Assembly (NCBI GenBank): GCA_043228905.1
Contig: JBHGNT010000004.1
Location: 4,712,001-4,776,000, forward strand
Direction of reading: 5' to 3'
DNA: 64,000 bases
Source: Azolla caroliniana
Lineage: Eukaryota > Plantae > Polypodiophyta
A model generated the notes under the pieces. The model saw only the letters and a list, made by a program, of their open reading frames with translations, did not search any database and had not been told where the DNA came from. How positions within the stretch are numbered: the first letter of the stretch is position 1; every line of letters begins with the position of its first letter. Both the position numbers and the translations under genes were made by a program. Shown one piece after another: positions 13,501 to 25,500 of this stretch.

Positions 13501-14594
13501 GGAATGGGCTATTTGCCCCCCCCATTTTGGCTATTTGCCATAACTTTTTGGCCCCTCTATTTTGGCTATTTTGGCTAAACCACCCCCCACAAAGAAAAAA
13601 AATCTCTGATAGTTCTTCCCCCATTTTGGCCCCCCCAAACCCATTTTCGTTCCCCTCCCCCAACAGAAAAACATTCTCTGATATAGCTTGGCTCCTCTAG
13701 CTTGGCTCCTCCCCCTCCCTCACCCAAAAAAAAAACATTTTGATAGCTCTCTCTCCCTCACCAAAACAAAAACATTTTGATAGCTCTTACTTCGTAGCTC
13801 AACACATAGTTGTCCCCTCCATTTTGCCCCCCAAATTTCTAGTAGTTCTCAACATTTTGGCTATTTTGCCCCTCAATTTTCTTGTCGTTCTCAACAATTT
13901 GGCTATTTTGCCCCCCAAATTTCTGGTAGTCCTCAACATTTTGGTTATTTTGCCCCCCAAATTTCTGGTACTTCTCAACATTTTGGCTATTTTGCCCCCC
14001 AAATTTCTGGTAGTCCTCAACATTTTGGTTATTTTGCCCCCCAAATTTCTAGTACTTCTCAACATTTTGGCTATTTTGCCCCCCAAAATTCTGGTAGTTT
14101 TGCTAATCCCCCATTTTGGCTTCACAACATGTCTCCCCAACCGTCTTCAGCTTCAATTATCAATAGAACCTTCACTGAGAGAGGGGCTCTAATAAGTTTT
14201 ATCAAGGACCATTTCCGTGCTCAAAATATAATTGTTGTGGTGGATAAGCATAGTGACAATAGAAAAGTCACTTTCAAGTGCTACTATGGGGGAAAATATC
14301 GCAACCCTCTAGGCTTGACTGACGATACTCGCAAAAGACAAACAGGGACTCGTCTGCCGCTGCTTCCCTACCCACACCTCCTCCTCCTCCAGTGGCGGCA
14401 CCCAGCAGCCACCACCGACCCTCCCCATCGCCTAAGACATCATGTAAAAGAAAAAGGAATCCACAGTATTGATTGGAAACTTGAGGAAGAAGAAGAAGAA
14501 GAAGAAGAAAGAGAAAGAAGGAAGAGTAACTACGCCTTTTTTTGGGGGGGGGGGGGGGGGAATAGCCAAAATGGGGGGGCAAATAGCCCATTCC
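13501..14594 (+). mobile_element. Non-autonomous Mutator-like (MULE) DNA transposon, deletion derivative
   Basis: TIRs ggaatgggctatttgccccccc(c)attttggctatt / aatagccaaaatgggggggcaaatagcccattcc, with a perfect 8-bp TSD taatttta (13493-13500, 14595-14602). The ORF stub from 14129 (FTERGALISFIKDH..NIIVVVDKHSDNRKVTFKCYYGGKYRNPLGLTDDTRKRQTGTRL) resembles the FAR1/WRKY-GCM1 DNA-binding N-terminus of MULE transposases. No DDE domain is present. Confidence 0.85.
13820..14100 (+). repeat. 42-bp tandem subterminal repeat (~6.5 copies) inside the MULE
   Basis: Unit aacattttggctattttgccccccaaatttctggtagtcctc; it reuses the TIR core ttttggctatt/tttgcccccc. Confidence 0.95.
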
Positions 14595-16729
14595 TAATTT
14601 TATTGTGAGGTAAATGATTTTTTCAAGGTATGTAAGCTAAGGTAAAAAGTGTAAATAAATAAAAAAAAAAGTTTTGATAACATACGCATTCGTTTTCATT
14701 CGTATGAAAAAGAATGTTTGCCACTACATTTGAGTATATTACGTATTATGATTGAGAGTCCTATCAACGATGTCTTGGGAGGGCTTCTCAATGTTCTAGA
14801 AACTTCCCACAATGTCAACACGCTCTATATGTCTGGGGCCATGGGACACACTTTATCTGATCATTGAACGACCCATTATTATTAACACACAATTGACATA
14901 ATGCAAGAGTCTCTGGTTTGGGCTTCACTTGGTTGTTTTAGTACACTTGGAGCGTGACTTTCAGAAAGCGAGAGCATGGGTGTGATGAGCTCGAAAGTGA
15001 GAGGGTTAGAGAGAGCACACAGGAGATTTGTTTTAGCGTCCATACGAAATCCAATATTGACGCATGGGAGCTAAGTACAAAAGTTTTCTTGATGTGTCTC
15101 CTTCCTAAGAAATGATATGCATACTTCAAAGCACAATGTTGTCATGATTTGGCATGGCTGAAGGTAGAAAGTAGATAAAAAGAGAGTCTAGCCAGGTTAC
15201 AAAAACATATGTATATAATAAATAAGGGTGAATGGCCTAATGGTTAGAGCTATTTACTAAGTATAAGAAGTGGAGACTTTAGAGTTTGAAACTTTGTTAG
15301 TGCGCATTAAGGAATTATTTTCTTTCAACATGTTCGCGTTGACAAGTGGAAGGATCACCCATTCCACTTGTAGATTCCTTTTATAATATTGCAATTTTAG
15401 GCAATTTTCAAAAACTTGATACACCAGTATCACATGTTTTAAATAACATATAAAATTTGCTGATTTTTTGAGATTTAACAAGTGTCAAAATGATCACTTC
15501 TAAAATTGAATAGTTTTTCAATAAATGTTGAAACGTTGACAGATTGCATATATGAAATGTAGTTAACTTAAAGAAAATCACAATGGTTAACTCAAAGCAC
15601 AAGTTAAGGTTAATGGTTTCACCATCTTGAGGAGATGTAGGTTCTAGAAGTGGAAGTGACATCTATTGTTAGTGAAAAGTGGGGTGTTTTTTTGAACAAT
15701 TAACGCTCCATACCTTTGGCATAGAGAATGTTGAACAATGCTTCAACTAGGAAATAGGTTGACCCACTAATGAGGTGTATATGAATACTGAAACTCTAGA
15801 TAAAGTTGATTGGGGGTTCGAGCAAAAAATAAGTAGATTTATACCAACAAATAACAATTCATGAATTGTCTTATCAATCCATTAACAAATATTACCAGTT
15901 AAGGATGGATGCAGGTAACATCATTAGAGATTTTCATGTTACTCTTGTAAAAAATGTCTTGGTTCTAATAAGAATATAGTGACCATTAAAGATTTGTCAA
16001 TTCACACAAATAATGTTGTATGTTGTGATGTGGCAGGCCCAAAGGTTGAATGTTGGGGTATGAAGGGAAAAAGAGAGATATAGGAATGTAAATATCTAAA
16101 AATAAATAAAAAGAGAAGGTTTCCTTAACTCTAGATTTTCCTCAACTCGAATCTTCGATCTTGACAATGCTAATTTGCTAAGAGGGGAAATTAGACAAGG
16201 CAACCTATGAAGGAGTTTAAAGGTCTTCTCATACAACATCATTTCCTCCATGGTTCTGTCGAGAATCGTGACCGGCCACAACCGGCTTCTCGTTCGGATG
16301 TTCGGGTGCAGGGAACGTAAAGTAGAATGTGCTCAGACAGAGTATGAAAACAAAAATACCACAAGAGACAGAAACACACAATTTTAACATGGAAACCCGA
16401 AATGGGAAAAACCACGGGGGTCCACAAACCCCGAGAAACAGAATCACTATGCTAAAAGAAAAAGGAGGAGTACAACTAGAAACTCCGAGGCAAGGACCTC
16501 GAGATTCTAGTTTGTCAACAGACGGCTATAGAGTTACACATGCTCTCACTCTCACTCACTTACTATTACATAGTTTTGGAGGCAACGACCTTCTAAGTAA
16601 CCTTTTTGATAAAAATCACACATCATATGATTGCCCTAAGTAGTTATATACTAGGACACCTTTTGGGTTCCTCATCAACTCAGCTCTTCTCTTCCCATCG
16701 GAGGGACCTGTTTCCTAACAAACTCCCCC

Positions 16730-18067
16730 TTCACTCCGCCATGGGGTACTGCACCAATCCAATCTTCCGTCGGCACACACTCAACTTTTCAGATGGTAAC
16801 ACTTTAGTCAACATATCTGATCCATTCTCGGTCGTGTGAACCTTCATTAGAGCAAACTCCCTTTCATCTACCCTCTCTCGGAGCCAACGATACCTCCATT
16901 GGATGTGCTTTGACCTCGAGTGGTAGGTGGCATTTTTCGCAAGGTGGATGGCACTCTGATTATTGCAATAGAGCGGAATTATTCTTGTCGAATTCCCAGC
17001 TCACTGATAAGCTCCTTCATCCATACGATTTCCTTGCCGGCTTCCGCTATGGCCATGTACTCGGCTTCCGTGGTCGACAACACCACGGGCTTTTGCAACC
17101 TCGATTGCCATGAGACAACTCCCCCTGCATACTTCATTACGTATCCGGATGTGGATCAGCTGGTATCTGCATCAACTGACATGTTCGAATCCGTGTAACC
17201 TTCCAATGTGGGGTTACCTGAGCTGAAACGAAGACACACGCTTGAGTTGCCTCTCAGGTACCGAAATATCCATTTCACGGAAACCCAATGCTCTTTCCCG
17301 GGATTGCTCATATATTGGTCGACCACTTTGACGGCGTATCCAATGTCCGGCCTAGTACACACCAATGTCAAGCTTCCAACAGCTGAGGCATAGGGGACTT
17401 TTGACATCTCAGCCTTTTCGTTTTTCGAATTCAGACATTGATCTTTACTCAACTTGCAGTTCGTCGGCAGTGTCGAGCCGACCGGTTTCGCGCCTTCCAT
17501 GTCGAATCTGTGGAGCACCTTTGTCACATATTTCTCTTGTGACAACCATAGCAATTTCTTTGTTATGTCCCGAACAATGTGCATACCCAGGATTTGCTTT
17601 GCCGAACCCATATCCTTCATCGAGAATGACCCATTCAAGGCCTTCTTCAGTGCTTGGATCTTCATATGATCCTGTTCGACAATTAGCAAGTCGTCCACGT
17701 ACAACAAAAGGATGAGGAAATCTCCTCCATCGAACTTCTTCACAAATACGCAGTGATCAGCATGCATTTTGTGGTACCCGTTTTCGGTCATGAAGGATTT
17801 GAATTTCCGGTACCATTGCCGTGGAGTCTGCTTCAACCCGTACAGGCTCTTCCTCAATCGACATACCAGGTTTTCTTTACCTTTCATTCTGAATCCTTTC
17901 GGTTGCTCCATATATATCTCCTCTTCGAAATCTCCGTGCACAAACGTTGTCTTGACATCCAATTGTTCAACTTCGAGATCCATGCTGGCCGAAATGCTCA
18001 GCACGGTTCAGATGGATGTCATCTTAACTACCGGGGCAAATATTTCGTCGAAATCCACGCCTTCTTT
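16730..18067 (-). pseudogene. Copia A reverse transcriptase/RNase H remnant
   Basis: QLDVKTTFVHGD, LYGLKQ, LLLYVDD, YTDS and STTEAEY motifs. Frame is broken after 17156 and the 5' part is removed at the element B insertion. Confidence 0.93.
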
Positions 18068-19518
18068 TGTTGAAACCCTTTTACGACAATTCGTGCTTTG
18101 TATTTGGGTGGATTTCGGCCATCTCCCGGTTTCAATTTGTATACCCACTTATTTCGGAGTGCCTTCTATTGGGAAATCGGTCCCTCCGGATGGGATCCGG
18201 TTATGAATGAAGAGGACCTAGTGAGAACCTGAAGAGATCTGAAAACCGGATCGGATGGACTCGGTGAGAACCGGAAGAGAAGACATATTTGTAAGTATGT
18301 CTTTTGAGTAAGCCTATTGAGGCTATATTTGTAAATAGCCCTAAGTTCATATAAGTATAAATATGACTTAGGGCAATCACTTTATATATGATATGTGCAG
18401 AGAGGGTTGTCATATTGTTATAGAGATAATTGTTGTATAGAGAGAGAGAGCAAGATAGTAGCTACGAGCACTTTCTGTTGTAACTGCCGTCTGGTGAAGA
18501 TCGCGAGCACGAGGTCGTTGCCACTGTGTCTCCACTTTGTATTTCCTCTCATATAGTGATAGTTGGAGTCCGTGGGCTCCCGTGGTTTTTCCCTATTAGG
18601 GTTTTCCATGTAAATATTCTGTGTACTCTCTACTTCCCATTTCTGTGATTCAAGACTCGGTTGTGGCCGAGCAATATTCCGCGCTACTCTTCACAATGTG
18701 GTATCAGAGCGAACAACACAGGAAATGGAAGAATCGTTCGGCGGCATTTTCAAGTTCACCGGCTCCAATTACTCACTGTGGAAGTCGAAGATGAGGGATA
18801 TGCTGGTGGTTAAAGATCTTTGGTTGCCGGTTCAGTTCGGAGACAAGAGACCGGATAAGATCGACGCCATAGTGTGGGAGGTGATGCACATGAAGATGAT
18901 GACATACATCTGGTGCTTCATCGACATGAACTTGTACAACAAATTCAATGAAGAGAGCAAGGCCCATGAACTCCGGGAGAAGATCAACATCATGTTCCAG
19001 AACAAGAATGTTGTTAATCAGGTTTTGATATTCCGGAAGCTAGTGAGGCTCCGGTACCAGGATGACTCCAATATGGTGGAGCACATGAATGCCTTCTAGG
19101 GACTGATCCACCAAGCAACCTTGTTGGAAGTACCTCTTGCTAATGAGATACTCGCATTACTCCTGCTCGGTTCCCTCCCGGATAGTTGGGAGATGCTAGT
19201 TGTGACGTTGGGCAACGCCGGGCCGGAAGGAAAACAGTTGTCCCTAACAAGAGTCAAGTCAAGCTCGCTAGGTGAAGAAGCTCGCCGGAAGGACTGGGAG
19301 TCTGGAACTGATCCAAAGGCCTTGGTCACGAAAGTTGACCACAACCGGGGAAGAGGCCGGTATCGGAGTCCCCAAAACCGAGACAAATCGAGGACGAGGT
19401 CGAAGTCAAGGGGGAGGCCTACTTGCTTCTATTGTGGGAAGTCGGGGCACTTCTAGAAGAACTATCGGCATTTCCGGAAAGAGAAAGAAACTGGCACTAC
19501 CGATTCGAAGAAGAGTTC
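18068..19518 (+). mobile_element. Copia element B, 5' portion (LTR + PBS + gag), inserted in RT of element A
   Basis: LTR 18068-18695 (tgttg..tcaca), PBS tggtatcagagc at 18699. Gag MEESFGGIFKFTGSNYSLWKSKMRD...LLLLGSLPDSWE...CFYCGKSGH with internal stops. Gag start is nearly identical to that of element A (related family, opposite orientation). Confidence 0.92.
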
Positions 19519-22500
19519 TGTCAGGAATAATACTGAGACAGAGAAGAAATTAGTACTAAGAGGAATAGAGGGTGTAGAACACTCAAGAGAAGGAGAGAGA
19601 GAGAGAGAGAGAGATCGAGGGAGAGAAAATGATGATGACATCGATATATTATGTGAGAAGAATATACAAGGAAGGCTAGGAGGCTTAAGATTGGCGTTGA
19701 ACCGATTTGGTTCAAAATAATGGCTTGTGCCTCCTTTTATAGTGTTCTCAGGAGTAGTCCTGAAGTTTCTAGAATGTTCTAGAGAAATCTGGAATATACA
19801 TTAATTTTCTATAGTAAAACTTAAATAAAAATAATATTCTACATATTACAGTAGATAGTGCAATGGTCAAGAGCTTGACCCATGTAACATAAGGACATGG
19901 GTTCGAGGCTTGCCATATCATGACATTATCCCCCTTTTAAAATGACGAGTGTCACGAGTCGTTGGTCACATTCTCTATTGGTTCCCAAGTACGCTTGTTG
20001 GGACTATATCCTAGCCAATCGACTAAATAGTACAGCTTGTTGCGAACAATCTTGGAATCGAGGATGGTAGCAACCTCGTAGTCAGGTCCATCTTCAAGTT
20101 CGATTGGGGGTGGAGGTTGTGGAATACGTCATGGGATGGTGCTGCCTTGATAGGGTTCGAGGAGAGAACTATGAAACATCGGATGTATGCGAAGTTGCGG
20201 GGGTAGATCGAGACGAAAAGCGACATCATTAATCTTTCCGATAATACGGAAAGGACTTAGTCGTCGATAGGGTTTGAGGAGAGAACTATGAAACACCGGT
20301 GTCGCGGTATTTCGCGTGTATGTGTAGGATCGGAGGTGGGAGCCTGGGGGTCTTGGAGTAGGGAGTAGAGGAGAAGGAATAAGACTCAAAATGGAAGCTT
20401 AGCTCAAGAGGAGAAGAGGAAGAATAGCACATAAACGAGACATGAACATAGAATAGAATAGATGGAGGCAAGATACACCCACAAGCCAAGAAACATCAAC
20501 ATGCTATATTAAGAGTTCACAAAAGATTACAACCAAGGCCGCATAGGCCGCACCCAAAACGACTACAAGAAAACCCTAACCGGACAAGTAAGAAAAGAAG
20601 CATAGAAACCCTAAAAGAAACCCAAGAAGAAAACCCTAGAAGAAATCCTTAAAACTGAATAGAACCCCTCGACTTAAGTGGTATACCTCTCTCACTCAAA
20701 ATAGGCAACCCCTTCACAAGAGACTCCTCACTCCCTTTTATAGTAGTAAGGGGTGAGGCACATAACAAAAGGAGAGGTCAAATCCCCTTCTTTCAATGGT
20801 GAATATTTTCGCTTGATCTTAAATCGGTGGGCCTTTAACTCTCTCTCCTCTCACATTCACACTCAATGCCCACTACTCCCTACACCCATTCTTCATGTAC
20901 TTTCCTCTAGTCTACAAAGTGCACATCACCTTTATGCCTCTACGAACCTCATGGTGCACCTTTAGCATCTTAGATTATTACCCTTCCCCTTACATTTTGT
21001 TATCTTATTCTCATTATACAAATTTACAAGTGAATGTGCAATGTTGCACATCCCCATTTTATTTGTCCTACCCAAGTTTCTCACCATAGCCGGAAATCTT
21101 CACGACACCGGATGTATGCGAAGTTGCGGGGGTAGATCGAGATGAAAAGCGACATCATTAATCTTTCTGATAATACAGAAAGGACCTAGTCGCCGATAAT
21201 CCAACTTCTCGCATGGGCAAGTAGTCTTGATGTGTCGTCGTAGTAGCCATACCCGATCTCCAATGTTAAAACTAGATGGAAGCCGATGACGATCCGCATA
21301 ACCCTTGTGTGTTTGTTGAGCTTGTTGTAGATGAGTAGATAAATCTGCTTGTATCTTGCGTAACCTCTCCAAACGATCCTCGCGCAAGGATTTGTGGGTA
21401 ACTCTGGGGTTTTAAATACACACCATCGGGGGTGACAACCCGTATAAGCATAAAATGGTGTAACTTTAGTCGATGAGTGGACATAGTTATTATAGGCAAA
21501 TTCGGCGAAGTGGAGAATATCCGCCCAGTCATCCCGATGATAGCTTAGAAAGCACCGAAGATACTGCTCCAACGTTTGATTTGTTCGTTCTGCTTGGCCG
21601 TCGGTTTGCGTGTTTCTTCACTGGAGATTTCCTTAGTACATGGCAGGAAATGAGTCATCTTCGTATATCGATCTACTATTGTTAAAATCGCATTGAATCC
21701 CTTAGAGACTAGAAGATCTGTGATGAAATCTAGAGCAATGGATTGCCACGGCTTGCTTGGAATTTGTAATGGTTCTAATAAACCATATGGATGATGCCTT
21801 GACATTTTTGCTCTGCAAACATGTATCACAAGTCCGAATAAAATCTTTGACAAATTGTTGCATACAGGGCCACCAGAATGATCATTGTACTAAATCTAAT
21901 GTCTTAGTACTACCAAAATGCCCAATTGTATATGTGTCATGACAATTTTGGACTACTCGAAGGCGGCAAGAACCATTAGGAACATACAAGAGTTTCTTAA
22001 AGAATAGTAATCCATCATGACATTTGAATTGTCGATAGTCCGTACCTGGTTGTTGCGACTGTGAACAAGATGCTTGAGAGGGATCAATTTGTGCTAGAAT
22101 GTCTTGGGCAAAAGCATCTGTTTGCAAGTCCTCACGTATGGTATCGATAACGTGGGAATCCAAGGGCATGCCGAAGACCTATGTTGCTTGCAGTCGTGTC
22201 GGTTCCAATATTACTTGCTTTTGGTTATCGAAAGTTGGCTCGCCGGGACGCAGTGCTAGATACGAATGTCGTGCATTCCCTTGGTGCTTCCCCAGACGAT
22301 ATATAATTTTGAAGTCGAAAATCGTGAGGAATTGGGCCCACTGAGCTTGACGTCGATTTAATACAGGAGCACTCTGAAAGTAGGCAAGGTTTTTGTGATC
22401 ACTGAATACGGTGACTTGATGAGAGGATCCCTCTAGAAAATGCCTCCATTGCGTAAAAGAGTCCACTATTGCTAATAGCTCCTTATCGTGAATTTCATAG

Positions 22501-22533
22501 TTGCGGTGGCGTCAAACTTGCGTGAGTGGAAAG
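19519..22533 (-). mobile_element. Gypsy chromovirus C (Tcn1-like), 3' half only
   Basis: 3' LTR 19519-19925 (tgtca..tgaca), PPT complement ttatcccccttt. Chromodomain PDYEVATILDSKIVRNKLYYLVDWLGYSPNKRTWEP at ~19975-20095. Integrase (PWQSIALDFIT, AEFAYNN, GPF) and RNase H (SDHKNL..F..LNRRQAQW) fragments. The lineage call is inferred. Confidence 0.9.
20300..21107. mobile_element. Solo LTR D (808 bp) with 4-bp TSD
   Basis: tgtcg...cgaca termini with CCGG duplicated on both sides (20296-20299, 21108-21111). Removing it restores the host integrase sequence gaaacaccggatgtatgcg. Confidence 0.88.
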
Positions 22534-25500
22534 TGTCGAATACAAGTGTATAATGGACGTATTCACACTATCCCTTTGTATAGCTCAAGTTTGGGCCATT
22601 TGTGTAATTAGCATAAATGGTAGTTGCCCTAAGTCGTCACTATATAAAGTGACCTAGTAACCTTTTTGTAAGGTTGGTTGTATTATTCTTTTCTATTATA
22701 TAGAAAGTCATTTTGTGCCTCTCTCTCTCTCTCTGTCTCTGTGCACGATCTTGCAAACTGTCATACGCAGGTACTCAACCCCAATCGAATGCTATTTGAT
22801 CTTCCGCATCGACACGGCCTTTGTCCTCAACATCTGGTATCAGAGCCTGCACAGTATTCGGTCCTTCAACTCGCTGTCGGCCGTCGTCTCAGCCTGCACA
22901 GCATTCGGTTTCCTGCGTCATTCGAAGAAGAGAGAAGAAGAAGAAAAAAAACGAGGCTTGCATCTCATCGCGTTAGATCATCTTCGCTTGGAGTAAGCCA
23001 GCCGGTTGTACTCTGTTCCTTGTGATCGTAACCGCTCGAGGTGAAATCCCCTTGTGCAACATTGACACGATCGTGCTCCACTCGGTTAAACGGCATCCGA
23101 AGAGGTCATCAAACGCTGCTCGCCGCTCATTGTAACCACTCGGTGCAGATCGGTCTCAAGACAACAACCCCAATTCATGCTTCATCCGGCTGATCGACAT
23201 TCGGGAGGATCAGTTGGATCCGTCTCTCTCGTCGCTGCAGTCACCCGAAGCAGAATCGGTCCAGACAATCGGTTTCAATAATCGGTATTTGGCATATATA
23301 TTCGGAAGCGAACCGGGCTCACTCCGACTCGGCAACATTCGGGAAGACCAGTCGGTTCTGTCCCTCAAGTTACCGGAGTCAATTCGAGCAAGTTCAACAA
23401 TACATATATCCGAAGCCGAATCGACTCGAGTTCAAATCCGACTAGAACGATATCGGGTGAGCCAACCGGCTGCACTCCAACAAGGTTCGTAGTCAACTCC
23501 GAACCGAGCTTCGTCAACCGAAACCAAATTTGATGGCATCAACATCCGGCTCGTCAAAAATGAGTCTACGAAAGTTCGATGGATCGAACTTCAACTTCTG
23601 GAAAGAGCAAATGCAGGACTATCTCATAGTCAAGGGGCAAATCGATCCCATCGAAAATGAAGAACCTCCAGAAGGATACAAACCAATTGAGTGGCAGAAG
23701 CCGGACAGAATCGTCCGCGCCACGATTCGGATGCACCTATCGAAATCGGTATACTTTACGGTGCAATCGTGTACGACAGCATTCGAACTGTGGAAAACAC
23801 TGTCGGACACTTACGAAAAGAAGGTCGCCGCAACGAAGATGTTTCTGATCCGGCGCCTCTACAACTTGCGGATGAAAGAATCCGATTCGGTTCAAGCACA
23901 TCTCAATGAGTACGAAAGCATAAGCTCCCAAATCTCATCTCAGGGGACGACAATCGAGGATGAACTCAGAGCAATGATACTCATGAGCAGCCTTCCCTCA
24001 TCATGGGAAACTTTCGTCACAATCGTGTGCAACGCGTCAACCACGACTGTTAAATACTCCGAAGTCACGAGCGCAATCCTGACCGAAGCAGCTCGGAGAA
24101 AGTCTTTCGCCAAAGACTCAACAGACGACGCTTACGTAGTACAAGGTTCGACAGACCGATCGAACATACGAGGAAGAGATTCCTCACGGCAGCCGAACAA
24201 TCAGCGAAGACGGAGCCAGTCACGGGATAATCGAATCTGCAACTATTGCAAGAAACCCGGACACATCAAAGCCGACTGCCGCGCACTCAAGAACAAGAAC
24301 GACAAGTCTCAGAAATCAGACAAGAAGAGTGGCCGGCATGAGGAGATCAATTACGTCAGCTTCTCAGCTGATGTGCTACCAAACGACCCGAATATACTAT
24401 CAATCGAAAATCCAGTCGGATCAAAAGTTCTGCTCATGACTAAAGAATCGAGCACATGGCTCTTAGATTCGGGCGCGTCATTTCACGTGACTCCTCATCG
24501 ATCCCAATTTCGACAATATACGATCCGTCACTCCGACTCAGTTCGAGTCGGCAACTCGCAACACTGTGACATCATTGGAATCGGCACAGTAGAGCTCAAC
24601 CTTGTAGGTGGCTCTACACTTGTACTTTGCAATGTCCGACATGTACCCGAGCTCTCAAGGCCATTGATCTCAGTCGGACAACTAGATGAAGACGGCATTC
24701 GTGCCGGTTTTTCTTCGGGAGGGTGGACACTCCACAGGGGGAACCTCCTGCTTGCTAGAGGACCCAAGATACACTCATTGTATCCGTTACATGTTACGCT
24801 CAGAGAGGGTAACCTGTTTTTGGTGGATATTCCTGTGTCATCACTATGGCACAGACGATTAGGACACCTCAGCAAGGCCGGCATTACGCACCTATCTAGA
24901 GCCGGATACATCCCTAAACTCTCCTTCTCGGACCATCAATTCTGCGAACATTGCCAGTATGGCAAACAAGCAGCCGCATCACACCCGACATCAGCACCAA
25001 GAGAAACGAGACCTCTCGATTTAGTCCACTCGGACGTCTGTGGCCCAATGCCGCATCAGTCTCTCGGCGGTGCCTCTTACTTCGTCAGTTTTATTGACGA
25101 TTTGACTCGAAAGGTGTGGGCTTATCCGATTCGCACCAAAGATCGTGTCTTCTCGATCTTCTCCGATTGGCTCGCTATGGTAGAAAATCAAACTGACCGA
25201 AAACTGAAATGCTTTCGGACCGACAATGGGGGAGAGTTCAAATCAGAAGAATTCGTCAAATTCTGCCGACAACGCGGCATCCGACGTGAATTTACGGCAC
25301 CACACAGTCCGGAGCAAAACGGGATTGCAGAACGCATGAATCGGACAATCCAAGAACGGATAGTTTCCATGCTCCAACACTCCGGACTGTCGGATGGCTT
25401 CTGGGCAGAGGCTCTACTCACGGCAGTACACATAATCAATATGTCGCCAAGCAGACCTCTAGGACTTCAAATTCCTCAGGAACTATGGATCGGCAGTAAG

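Noticed and set aside
13820-14100. CRISPR-like regular repeat array
   Set aside because: Units are contiguous with no unique spacers, there are no cas genes, and the context is eukaryotic. The same applies to 63620-63945.
13740-14192. ORFs with 14-aa periodic repeats (NILAILPPKFLVVL / KIAKMLRTTRNLGG)
   Set aside because: These are translations of the 42-bp MULE subterminal repeat, whose length is a multiple of 3; there is no independent evidence of coding.
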